A stretch of 64,000 bases of DNA from Thermoplasmatota archaeon (GTDB lineage Archaea; Thermoplasmatota; Poseidoniia; Poseidoniales; Thalassarchaeaceae): the NCBI GenBank assembly GCA_036154155.1, contig JAYZLP010000023.1, positions 3,056 through 67,055 on the forward strand. The letters run 5' to 3'. This document shows positions 55,493 through 64,000 of this stretch, piece by piece; position 1 is the first letter of the stretch, and the number at the start of each line of letters is the position of its first letter. The notes under the pieces were generated by a model. It worked only from the letters and a program-made list of their open reading frames with translations. It ran no database searches and was not told the DNA's origin. A program made the translations under genes and the position numbers.

Positions 55493-56548
55493 TCACTCGC
55501 TCTCCTCAATACGCTGTTTGGCTAGCTCACGCATATCTTCGTGATGTACGCCAACGTCAATTCCAGCCTGGTCTGACTCATCGACTATCTCTACGCCTAG
55601 TAGCGTCTCAATCACATCCTCCATAGTCACGAGTCCCTCTGTACCTCCGAATTCGTCCTTAACAATCAAGATCTGGGTTTTGTTCTCCAGCAGTACATCC
55701 AATGCTCGATCCACGGAATCATCGTCACGACATGTAATCACTTCTCTGGAAATTTCTGACATCTTCTTGCCATATTCATCAACAGCTGCTCTGCGTAGTA
55801 TCTCACTCCTCAGAACAACTCCCCTCACATCATCAATGGTGTCTCCAGTCACAGGCATCCTCCCATGTATCATGATGGGTATATTCGCCATTACATCGGA
55901 TACGGTATCATCTACATTCACCGATGTAACTACGACACGTGGAGTCATCACCTCACTGATTTTTATTTCTCTCAATCTCAGTAGGTTATGTATGACAGTC
56001 TCCTCATCTTGTTCAATTACATGGGTTTCTTCGGCAATATCCGCTAATACAGACAGCTCATTCCTAGTAACGGTCTCAGTCTCTACCTCTGGCAATAGTG
56101 ACCTAGTCAATTGAATCGGCTTAACTATCACCCACAGCAACACCATCATTGAATTCAATGCCCTAGCTGACGGTATCGTCAACTTCCTCCAGTATAGTGC
56201 GCCAATCGTCTTAGGTAGAATTTCACTCAGCAGCAGTATAGCTAGTGTTAGAACGGCCGCGGCTACATGCACGATCGTCCCTCCGCCAAATTGTGTCTGT
56301 ACCTCCGCTCCTACACCTAATGCGCCAACAGTGTGTGCTATCGTGTTGAGGGTCAGTATGGCAGTCAATGGCCTCTCAGGATCATCCTTCCATTCACTCC
56401 ACCTTTCACTAATGGATGGGTGAGTGTCCTTTAGGGCAGCAATGTGCCCGTGCGTTGTTGAGAGGAGCACAGCCTCAAGTATGCTGCATAGGAATGAAGC
56501 TCCCAGTGCCAGGGATGCATACGCAATGATCAGTGTATAGTCAACCAA
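55493..56548 (-). CDS. corC: CNNM/CorC-family transporter (DUF21 membrane domain + CBS pair)
   Basis: An N-terminal four-TM DUF21 region (TLNTIAHTVGALGVGAEV) is followed by a tandem CBS region (…ISEVMTPRVVV…, …ILIVKDEFGGTEGLVTMEDVIETLLG…). Confidence 0.7.
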   Translation of the reverse strand: MVDYTLIIAYASLALGASFLCSILEAVLLSTTHGHIAALKDTHPSISERWSEWKDDPERPLTAILTLNTIAHTVGALGVGAEVQTQFGGGTIVHVAAAVLTLAILLLSEILPKTIGALYWRKLTIPSARALNSMMVLLWVIVKPIQLTRSLLPEVETETVTRNELSVLADIAEETHVIEQDEETVIHNLLRLREIKISEVMTPRVVVTSVNVDDTVSDVMANIPIMIHGRMPVTGDTIDDVRGVVLRSEILRRAAVDEYGKKMSEISREVITCRDDDSVDRALDVLLENKTQILIVKDEFGGTEGLVTMEDVIETLLGVEIVDESDQAGIDVGVHHEDMRELAKQRIEESE

Positions 56549-56665
56549 CTAGATTTCCTCACGGTATTTTGGGCGCGAATAGCACGTCACTATGAGTCAC
56601 GATTGGCTGCTCCCGGACCCCTTACGACCGATTGCGACATAAATAGGTGTCTAACCCCTAGAGTC

Positions 56666-58870
56666 GTGTCGGATGGTGAATATGTCACTATTTTCATGGC
56701 TTGGCCATATGTCAATGCCCCGTTACACCTAGGGCACGTGGCAGGAAATTGCCTTCCAGCCGATATTCAATACAGATACGAGAGAGCGAGGGGAAGAAGG
56801 GTTCTGATGTGCAGTGGTTCGGATGAGCATGGAACCCCAATTACACTTACCGCCGAGCAACTGGGAGTTTCCCCCCAGGAAATTGTTGATGAATACCATG
56901 AGATGGCCCTCAAGTCGCTAAATGACCTAGGTTGCTCGTGGTCGAATAATATAGACAGCAGAGGCGTTGAGTTTGGTGGGGCCCTATACAATAGAACATC
57001 TGATATTAGGCATAAGGAGCTTGTCAGAGAGGTCTTCACCGACTTGTTAGGCTCAAACATGCTCTCCAAGCAGACCATGGAACAGTATTGCTCGATTTCT
57101 GGGGATGTAGTAAGGTTCCTTCCGGATAGATACGTCGAAGGAACATGTCCCGTATGCGAGGCTTCTGAGGCCAGGGGGGATCAATGCGACGAATGCGGTT
57201 CTACATATGAGGCTCATGAGCTGATTAGTCCAGTATCGAAATTGGATCCGGAGGCTTCAATCGAGGTCAGAGATACTGATCACCTATTTTTCAGACTGGA
57301 TATGTTCCAAGATAGCCTTGAGTCGCATGCAGCCTTGAGGAATACTGTTTGGAAGCCAAATGTCCGTTCCATGACAAAAAACTGGCTAGATATGGGCCTC
57401 AGGCCAAGAGCCGTTACTAGGGATATAGACTGGGGAATCGAGCTCCCTATGGATGGCGATGAATGGTCCTCAAAGAGGGTTTACGTTTGGTTTGAGGCCG
57501 TTCAGGGATACTACACATGCGCAAGGATTTGGTCCGAAAGGTTCGCTAATGCTAACGGCCACCCAGATGGTGACTCCGCTTGGGAGAGATGGTGGAAGGT
57601 CTCGGATGATGGCCAGTCCCCGAAACACATCTACTTCATGGGTAAGGACAACATTCCATTCCATACTGTAATATGGCCTGCAATTATCATGGGAATCAAC
57701 TCTACTCGCTCAGAACTCCCTATATCCCACATAGGAGAACCCGGGGATATGGCGTTAGAATACAATGTTTCTTCGAATGAGTATCTGATGCTTCAGGGCG
57801 GCCAGTTCAGCAAAAGCAGAAAGCATGCAGTTTGGCTGCCCTCATTCCTGGAGAAGTATGATGCAGACTCATTGAGGTACTACCTTTCAATAAACATGCC
57901 AGAGACCCATGATACTGACTTCAGATGGGAGGATTTTGTTGACAGGGTAAATAATGAGTTAATTGGCACATATGGGAACTTTGTTCACAGAGTAATGACA
58001 TTGAGCCACAGACTAACTGATGAAGGCTCAAACCCACTATCCGAATTCGACGATCCCGGATCACACGCTAAAATTATTGAAGACTCAATGAGTATAATTG
58101 AGTCAGCTATTTCCTCAATGGAGAGGCAGAGATTCAAGGAGGCCCTGAGGTCTATAATGGGCATAGCACAAATTGGTAATGTGCTACTACAGAACGCAGC
58201 CCCGTGGAAATTTATGAATTCCGAAGAGTCTGAAGATCGTACAAAATCACTATCTTCCCTCGCAATGGCATGGAGGCTATGCAGGACTCTCTCAATACTT
58301 ACAAGACCATTCATGCCTTTCCAGTCAGAGAAATTATGGGCGATGCTAGGAGAAACTGCAGATATAGACTCAATGCTCTGGGATGATTCCCTCGATACTG
58401 AATGTAGCCTGTTGTGGAACCCCGAAAAACCACAACCATTGTTCTCTAGGCTAGATTTAGACGAAATAATCGCAGACGAGATGTCCATTGTTGACGACAG
58501 TAACGTCAATGACCCGGAGCACGTCCCGGGGGATGGAGATGATTACATAGAGTTCGAAGATTTCCTCAAGGTCCAAATGAGAACTGGCAAAATCACATCT
58601 GTAGAGGACCATCCCAATGCAGATAAGCTACTGGTAATCAAAATCGAAGATGGTCCGGGAACTTCAAGAACGGTTTGTGCTGGTCTGAAGGGAATATACC
58701 AGGAGTCCGATTTACTAGGTCTTAATGTGGTGTACGTCGCCAATCTCGCACCCAGGGAATTAAGGGGGGTCCTCTCTGAGGGAATGATACTCGCGGCTGA
58801 TGACGGCGATGGCAATGTGAGACTCCTTACTCCTGATGGGGAGATTACACCTGGATCCACTGTCAGATAG
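56666..58870 (+). CDS. metG: Methionyl-tRNA synthetase with a C-terminal tRNA-binding (EMAP/Trbp111-like) domain
   Basis: PYVNAPLHLGHVAG is the HIGH-type motif. There are two CxxC zinc knuckles (CPVCEA, CDECGS), and GGQFSKSRKH is the KMSKS motif. The C-terminus has LVIKIEDGPGTSRTVCAGL, an OB-fold. A GTG start at 56666 is proposed. The track gives TTG 56603. Confidence 0.8.
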   Translation: MSDGEYVTIFMAWPYVNAPLHLGHVAGNCLPADIQYRYERARGRRVLMCSGSDEHGTPITLTAEQLGVSPQEIVDEYHEMALKSLNDLGCSWSNNIDSRGVEFGGALYNRTSDIRHKELVREVFTDLLGSNMLSKQTMEQYCSISGDVVRFLPDRYVEGTCPVCEASEARGDQCDECGSTYEAHELISPVSKLDPEASIEVRDTDHLFFRLDMFQDSLESHAALRNTVWKPNVRSMTKNWLDMGLRPRAVTRDIDWGIELPMDGDEWSSKRVYVWFEAVQGYYTCARIWSERFANANGHPDGDSAWERWWKVSDDGQSPKHIYFMGKDNIPFHTVIWPAIIMGINSTRSELPISHIGEPGDMALEYNVSSNEYLMLQGGQFSKSRKHAVWLPSFLEKYDADSLRYYLSINMPETHDTDFRWEDFVDRVNNELIGTYGNFVHRVMTLSHRLTDEGSNPLSEFDDPGSHAKIIEDSMSIIESAISSMERQRFKEALRSIMGIAQIGNVLLQNAAPWKFMNSEESEDRTKSLSSLAMAWRLCRTLSILTRPFMPFQSEKLWAMLGETADIDSMLWDDSLDTECSLLWNPEKPQPLFSRLDLDEIIADEMSIVDDSNVNDPEHVPGDGDDYIEFEDFLKVQMRTGKITSVEDHPNADKLLVIKIEDGPGTSRTVCAGLKGIYQESDLLGLNVVYVANLAPRELRGVLSEGMILAADDGDGNVRLLTPDGEITPGSTVR

Positions 58871-59432
58871 TGGGCCTATCGAAGAACTCCCACTGTATTT
58901 CGGATAGCTCTTCATTGCTTTTAGCGTCCCTGTACGCAATCAAAGGCTCAATGTTCAGATTGAAGAAGTTGTCTCCGTATGGGAATGATGAGAGAATTAT
59001 TCTAGCTTGCTCTTCCCTCCCAAGTATGAACAATGAGGCAGCAAAGGCCTCGGACGTGGATAGCCTCCCTGGCTTACCCCATGATACGGGGTTTGCAGCT
59101 AATAGTACTGGCAGCGTCCTCCCTTCTAGCCTAGTGTGTCTGCTAATGGCCTCCAGTGACTCCTCAATCCTCTTCCACGAGCAGTCCAATGCGACGATTG
59201 ACCCCCCTCTATCAATGGACTTTTTATCATCCGGCCCCATCAATTTTCCACTACTCGGATCAAGAAGAAAACCTCTCTTTGGCGCCCTACGGATATCAAA
59301 GTGCAATATGGCGTCTCCAGCCTTTGCCATTCTCCTGGCACTGCATTTGCGCGGGTCATCTTGATCCAGGTGGACCACATGTAATGGGACTGAGTCATCA
59401 ATCGCCCTTGCTGAGGAACTCATCCAATGCAT
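58863..59432 (-). CDS. tsr3: 16S rRNA aminocarboxypropyltransferase Tsr3 (DUF367)
   Basis: DQDDPRKCSARRMAKAG...LDCSW...ANPVSWGKPGRLSTSEAFAASLFILG matches Tsr3 signatures. Confidence 0.65.
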   Translation of the reverse strand: MHWMSSSARAIDDSVPLHVVHLDQDDPRKCSARRMAKAGDAILHFDIRRAPKRGFLLDPSSGKLMGPDDKKSIDRGGSIVALDCSWKRIEESLEAISRHTRLEGRTLPVLLAANPVSWGKPGRLSTSEAFAASLFILGREEQARIILSSFPYGDNFFNLNIEPLIAYRDAKSNEELSEIQWEFFDRPTI

Positions 59433-59886
59433 CTCCTATTGTCATTCCACGACCGCTTGGTACGTTCACTGCTCGTTCCATATCTTCTTCTGCCTCTACA
59501 AGTAGTGTAATGCCAAGCGCCTTCTCAATTTTCATAGCAATTGAGTCGGATGGTACAATTCCACTCTCGACCTTCTGAATATCGTTTAATCTGACGTTTA
59601 TCCTCTTTGCTAGCTCCCTTTGTTCCCAGCCCTTGGATACTCTGGCCTTCCTTACTCTGAGGTGAAAATCAGGTGCAACTTCCTTCTCAGGCTTCTTTGA
59701 CATCGGCCTATCGATTTGCTTTTTCGATTTAGACCGGGATATTGATGCCTCTTTAGGTACATATCTCTCGAGAACTAGCATTTCGTTGGATTCAATGCAA
59801 CGTGAGCAGCATCTCAACCTAGCTCCTGAAACCTCCGCCAACAGGGTCGTGACGCGATCCGTGCCGCACATCTCACACGTCCCCAT
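59398..59886 (-). CDS. mbf1: Archaeal multiprotein bridging factor 1 (aMBF1: zinc ribbon + HTH_XRE)
   Basis: MGTCEMCG...CCSRC is the N-terminal Zn ribbon. It is followed by the XRE-type HTH (WEQRELAKRINVRLNDIQKVESG). The start was trimmed to the Met before CEMCG. Confidence 0.7.
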   Translation of the reverse strand: MGTCEMCGTDRVTTLLAEVSGARLRCCSRCIESNEMLVLERYVPKEASISRSKSKKQIDRPMSKKPEKEVAPDFHLRVRKARVSKGWEQRELAKRINVRLNDIQKVESGIVPSDSIAMKIEKALGITLLVEAEEDMERAVNVPSGRGMTIGDALDEFLSKGD

Positions 59887-59941
59887 GACACTCACTAGGG
59901 CACATACATCATATGGATTGGGGTGAAAGTATGAAATCTGT

Positions 59942-61177
59942 ATGCCCTGCCACGGACTCATGGCATCCGAGTCCGATAGCCAACCCAAGGACGTTCAGGA
60001 GTCCCTGAAATCCTCAGTTAGGAGGCTTCAGTCGGAGATGAGAGAGTTGTCAGAATCGGCCCACCAGTTGCTAACTGAGAAAATGGTCCTTGAGAACGAG
60101 GTTTCGCAGGTCAAGAAGAGGGCGAGCAGGCTCGAAGAAGAAATTAGGAATCTGAGATCGCCTCCAATGATTGTTGGATATATCCAGGACGTTACTGATG
60201 AGGGGGCAATAGTAAGGAGCTCCAACGGGACCGTTTTTCTCGTCTCCGTCAATAATAGGATAGACTCTTCCAGACTAGTATCTGGTGCGAGGGTGGCTTT
60301 GAATCAGGATACCCTTTCTGTAATTGAGATTCTAGATGATTCATGGGATCCTCTTGTAGTTACTGCTGAGATTATCGATAGGCCAGACGTGACATTTGAT
60401 GACATAGGGGGGCTTGACGAACAGATTTCCAAGCTCAAGGAGACCGTCGAGTTATCGTTCAGAAATCCTGAGGCTTTCAGAAGATTCGGTATTGAACCCC
60501 CGAAGGGGATACTCCTTACAGGAAGTCCGGGAACTGGTAAAACTCTACTCGCCAAAGCTGTCGCCAATTCAACCGATGCCGTCTTCCTGGGCATCGTTGC
60601 ATCTGAACTAGCACAGAAGTATATCGGTGAAGGAGGCAGGCTCGTTAGAGAGCTATTCGATCTCGCTCGAAATAGAGCGCCAGCTATCGTATTTATTGAT
60701 GAGTTGGATGCCATAGGATCCAAGAGGCTCGATACGGCCACGTCGGGTGACAGAGAGGTTCAGAGAACACTGATGCAACTACTCGCCGAGCTTGATGGAT
60801 TCGAATCTCTGGAGAATGTAAAGGTGATAGCAGCTACTAACAGGCCGGAATTATTGGATGAGGCCCTACTTCGCCCAGGTAGGTTCGATAGGGTCGTCGA
60901 GGTTCCTATGCCCGATGAAGAGGCACGGCTCGCAATTTTGGGCGTCCATACATCCAATACGCCACTCACGAAAGGGGTATCATTGGAGTCTCTAGCTAGG
61001 AAAACAGAGGGTTTCAGTGGTGCTGAAATCATGTCCCTAGTCACCGAGGCTGGAGTTACTGCCATTAGCGAGGGGAGGAAGAAGATCTCCAAATCTGATT
61101 TTTCTAAGGCCTTACTAGCCGTCGAAAGAAATCTGGATAATAAATCCAATATTTCGAACCATAGGCTGTATGACTAA
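59942..61177 (+). CDS. pan: Proteasome-activating nucleotidase PAN (AAA+ ATPase)
   Basis: N-terminal coiled coil, then an OB region, then an AAA domain with GSPGTGKTLLAKAVA (Walker A) and IVFIDELDA (Walker B). The C-terminal HbYX-like tail ends ...RLYD. Confidence 0.9.
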   Translation: MPCHGLMASESDSQPKDVQESLKSSVRRLQSEMRELSESAHQLLTEKMVLENEVSQVKKRASRLEEEIRNLRSPPMIVGYIQDVTDEGAIVRSSNGTVFLVSVNNRIDSSRLVSGARVALNQDTLSVIEILDDSWDPLVVTAEIIDRPDVTFDDIGGLDEQISKLKETVELSFRNPEAFRRFGIEPPKGILLTGSPGTGKTLLAKAVANSTDAVFLGIVASELAQKYIGEGGRLVRELFDLARNRAPAIVFIDELDAIGSKRLDTATSGDREVQRTLMQLLAELDGFESLENVKVIAATNRPELLDEALLRPGRFDRVVEVPMPDEEARLAILGVHTSNTPLTKGVSLESLARKTEGFSGAEIMSLVTEAGVTAISEGRKKISKSDFSKALLAVERNLDNKSNISNHRLYD

Positions 61178-61212
61178 CAGTAACCCTATTTCCCACCCCT
61201 CAATCGCGGGTC

Positions 61213-62250
61213 GTGAATCGTGTCCTAATTGAGTGTGTACCAAATTTCAGTGAGGGGAGGGACCAGTCTGTAATTGATCGGATTACTAGGCCAATTATCG
61301 ATACCGAGGGAGTAGAGTTGCTGGATATCGATATGGGCTATGATTTCAATAGAACAGTTGTAACGATGGTCGGTGAGCCAGAGGCCGTTCTGAAAGCAGC
61401 AATAGACTGCACCTCTATTGCCGTAGAACTGATAGATATGAGGAATCATACCGGTGAGCACGCTCGAATGGGTGCTGTAGACGTCGTTCCGTTCATTCCC
61501 CTTAGTGGCTCTACAATGGATGATTGTGTATCCTTATCGCAGAGATTCGCGGAAGCGGTTTCTGAACTACTTGGCCTCCCAGTATACCTATATGCAGAGG
61601 CTGCAAGAATGGAGGAAAGGATCAGGCTACCGGATATCAGGAGGGGGGAGTACGAAGGAATGGAAGAGAAAATCTCATCAGATGGATGGGAGCCTGACTA
61701 CGGGCCCGCTATTTTCAACCCATCAATGGGTGTAACTGCAACAGGAGCAAGACAGATTCTCATTGCCTACAACGTCAATCTGGATACTAAGGATAAGAAA
61801 ATTGCTAACTCAATCGCTTCTATGATCCGGACAAGTGGAGCATTAGTCAGAGACGAAAACGGTGACAAGGTCATTGGCGAGGATGGGAAGCCGATGAGGA
61901 CTCCCGGGGCCTTCCAGTCACTACAAGCGGCTGGTTGGATGTACGATGAGGATACTGCCCAAGTATCCATGAACCTGCTTGACCATAGCGTAACCGGACT
62001 TCATGACGTTACAGAGGCAATCAGAATTGAGGCCAACAATCTAGGTCATTCTGTTACTGCCTCAGAACTAGTTGGACTAGTGCCCCTAAATGCCATGGTT
62101 TCTGCTGGTAAGAAATATCTCGGAGATACTGAGGGTATCGATGAGATAGAGTTAGTAAATGCCGCCATCACCGGACTATCATTGGATAAATTCGGGGAGT
62201 TCGATCCCCACACATCCATCATTGAATGGGCAATTAACCGTGGTGACTGA
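61213..62250 (+). CDS. ftcD: Glutamate formimidoyltransferase (FtcD N-terminal-type domain)
   Basis: VLIECVPNFSEGRD is the formiminotransferase N-terminal signature. 345 aa. GTG start. Confidence 0.7.
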   Translation: MNRVLIECVPNFSEGRDQSVIDRITRPIIDTEGVELLDIDMGYDFNRTVVTMVGEPEAVLKAAIDCTSIAVELIDMRNHTGEHARMGAVDVVPFIPLSGSTMDDCVSLSQRFAEAVSELLGLPVYLYAEAARMEERIRLPDIRRGEYEGMEEKISSDGWEPDYGPAIFNPSMGVTATGARQILIAYNVNLDTKDKKIANSIASMIRTSGALVRDENGDKVIGEDGKPMRTPGAFQSLQAAGWMYDEDTAQVSMNLLDHSVTGLHDVTEAIRIEANNLGHSVTASELVGLVPLNAMVSAGKKYLGDTEGIDEIELVNAAITGLSLDKFGEFDPHTSIIEWAINRGD

Positions 62251-62251
62251 C

Positions 62252-62872
62252 ATGAATGAGGGATATGCGGAGATACTCAGTAGGATTGCATCCTCGGACC
62301 CCACACCCGGAGGTGGCTCAGTAGCGGCCATGGCGCTCGCTCATGCACATGCTCTGGCTGTAATGGTATCCAGGTTGACATTAGGTAGGGATAAGTGGAA
62401 GGACGGCCATGCTGCAGCCGAAGAAATCATCGCTAATTCAGAGGAGGGGATAGAGGCATCTATTATCATGGCACAAGACGATGCTGAGTCATTCGATCGG
62501 GTAATGATGGCCTATAGATTACCGCGAAATAACGAGGATGAGATTGAGTCTCGAAAAGCCTCCATAAGGGACGCGACAATTGGTGCTGCTAACTCCCCAC
62601 TAAAAATTGCCAACAGCTCTCTCCAGCTCCTAGAATCCATTATTGATCTCGCAAAATTCGGAAACTCGAACGCTCTAACGGATTTGGCCGCCTCTGCAGA
62701 GTTGGCCAAGGCATCATTCGTCATTGCTTCAATGAATGTCAGGATAAATCTCGATTCGATTGATGGCAAGGAATGCGAAAGCATCTCATCACGGCTATCA
62801 TCATTGGAGAGCGACGTCAACACCCGCTATGCTAATCTTAGAGAAATTATTGATGAGAGGTTGGGATGGTAA
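62252..62872 (+). CDS. Formiminotetrahydrofolate cyclodeaminase (FtcD C-terminal-type domain)
   Basis: PTPGGGSVAAMALAHAHALAVMVSRLT is the cyclodeaminase signature. 206 aa. It is separated from the transferase by a single stop. Confidence 0.7.
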   Translation: MNEGYAEILSRIASSDPTPGGGSVAAMALAHAHALAVMVSRLTLGRDKWKDGHAAAEEIIANSEEGIEASIIMAQDDAESFDRVMMAYRLPRNNEDEIESRKASIRDATIGAANSPLKIANSSLQLLESIIDLAKFGNSNALTDLAASAELAKASFVIASMNVRINLDSIDGKECESISSRLSSLESDVNTRYANLREIIDERLGW

Positions 62873-64000
62873 TGGCTGACATCGTTCAAACGTACGGAAT
62901 TCCCAATACATTGCCAGACCCACCCATGATTGACAATAACTTGCCCCATGCACCGGCAAGGCCCCAGGTGCTGGATGAAGCGGGAAAGGTCTTGGCGGTC
63001 CGAAACGCGTTGAGATATTTCCCCAAGGAATGGCACTCCGAACTAGGCAAGGAGTTCCTATCCGAATTAGATAGTCTTGGACACATATACATGCATAGAT
63101 TTAGGCCGGAATATGAGATGTTTGCGAGACCCATCGGTGAATACGATGCCAAATCAATGAATGCGGCCGCAATTATGATGATGATACAGAACAACCTGGA
63201 TCCGGAGGTAGCTCAATTCCCGCATGAATTAGTAACATACGGCGGCAATGGAACGGTTTTCCAGAATTGGGCTCAGTACCAGTTAACCATGAAATATCTC
63301 TCAGAAATGTCAGATGAGCAAACGTTGGTCATGAATTCCGGACACCCATTAGGACTGTTCCCTTCATCTATATCCGCGCCTAGGGTTGTGGTCTCAAATG
63401 GGATGGTAATTCCCAATTATTCATCGCAGAGTGACTATGAAAAAATGAACGCTCTTGGAGTAACACAGTATGGTCAGATGACTGCAGGCTCATACATGTA
63501 CATAGGTCCACAGGGCATTGTTCATGGGACAACAATTACGATTCTTAATGCATCGAGGAAGTACCTGGGACTTTCCCCATCAGAGGGACTAGGGGGGGTT
63601 CTGTACGTTACATCCGGCCTAGGAGGAATGTCGGGCGCTCAGGCCAAGGCCTCTGTAATCGCCGGCGCTGTATGCATAATAGCCGAGGTAGATGCACATG
63701 CAGCAACAAAGAGGCATCAGCAAGGTTGGCTCTCAGAACTCCATGAGGATATTGAAACAGTAATTTCCAGAACTCGGGAGGCGGTACAGAACAAGGAAGC
63801 AGTCTCCATTGGTTACATTGGCAACATTGTAGACCTTCTTGAAGCACTAATTGAGTTCGATTTAACTCCTGACTTAGGCAGTGATCAAACTAGCTTACAC
63901 AACCCCTGGCTAGGCGGATACACGCCAGTTGGTCATACATATGAGCAGGCAAAGGAACTTCTCTCAAGCGATCCCGAGGGATTCAAGGCACATGTCCAAC
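62872..64000 (+). CDS. hutU: Urocanate hydratase (partial, 3' end beyond the window)
   Basis: The ATG overlaps the previous stop (TAATG). GLGGMSGAQAKA and GSDQTSLHNP are urocanase motifs. Translation is open to the window end. Confidence 0.75.
   Translation, partial: MADIVQTYGIPNTLPDPPMIDNNLPHAPARPQVLDEAGKVLAVRNALRYFPKEWHSELGKEFLSELDSLGHIYMHRFRPEYEMFARPIGEYDAKSMNAAAIMMMIQNNLDPEVAQFPHELVTYGGNGTVFQNWAQYQLTMKYLSEMSDEQTLVMNSGHPLGLFPSSISAPRVVVSNGMVIPNYSSQSDYEKMNALGVTQYGQMTAGSYMYIGPQGIVHGTTITILNASRKYLGLSPSEGLGGVLYVTSGLGGMSGAQAKASVIAGAVCIIAEVDAHAATKRHQQGWLSELHEDIETVISRTREAVQNKEAVSIGYIGNIVDLLEALIEFDLTPDLGSDQTSLHNPWLGGYTPVGHTYEQAKELLSSDPEGFKAHVQ

Noticed and set aside
1-64000. Searched by eye for tRNA/rRNA genes, CRISPR arrays, and integrase or transposase genes
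   Set aside because: I found no T-loop or anticodon-stem candidates in any spacer over 60 bp, no regularly spaced direct repeats, and no recombinase-like ORFs. The window appears to be core chromosome without mobile or defence elements.

Overview
This 64 kb window is a densely coded archaeal chromosomal segment of about 52% GC. The archaeal signature genes are PAN, the exosome superoperon, aEF-2, PriS, RFC, aMBF1, TiaS, TrmY, Dph6 and Tsr3. I found no rRNA, tRNA, CRISPR array or mobile element, and most of the content is translation and information-processing housekeeping. The recognisable blocks are: the 3' end of a PGF-CTERM surface protein and, later, archaeosortase A with heptose-sugar genes; aIF5A; transporters (an OPT-like protein, EamA, TrkAH, CorC); SRP54; RFC-L and GlyRS; a very long Lhr-type helicase; the psmA–SBDS–Rrp4–Rrp41–Rrp42–L37ae–Pcc1–prefoldin superoperon; the S12–S7–EF2 str operon; an isoprenoid block (IPK, an IDI1–GGPPS fusion, thiolase); CoaBC, ProRS and a split transketolase; a futalosine menaquinone cluster (mqnC/E, mqnA, mqnD) with a UbiD-family decarboxylase elsewhere; PriS, MetRS, Tsr3, MBF1 and PAN; and a eukaryote-type histidine-degradation tail (glutamate formimidoyltransferase, cyclodeaminase, urocanase). 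The most unusual element is a 159-aa HEAT-repeat protein at 51042..51521 on the minus strand, translationally coupled to mqnD. It looks like one half of eukaryotic deoxyhypusine hydroxylase, including two His-Glu metal-ligand motifs. No archaeal hypusine hydroxylase has been identified, and the aIF5A substrate sits in the same window. Other candidates worth a look are an acidic poly-proline protein with an internal duplication paired with a lysine-rich RDD membrane protein, a KaiC-like ATPase with an Arg-substituted Walker A, the IDI–GGPPS fusion and the 1766-aa Lhr. Gene starts were often refined by hand from the ORF track, because the track allows GTG/TTG starts and several ORFs carry spurious 5' extensions. 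All functional calls come from motif recognition by eye. I ran no database searches.
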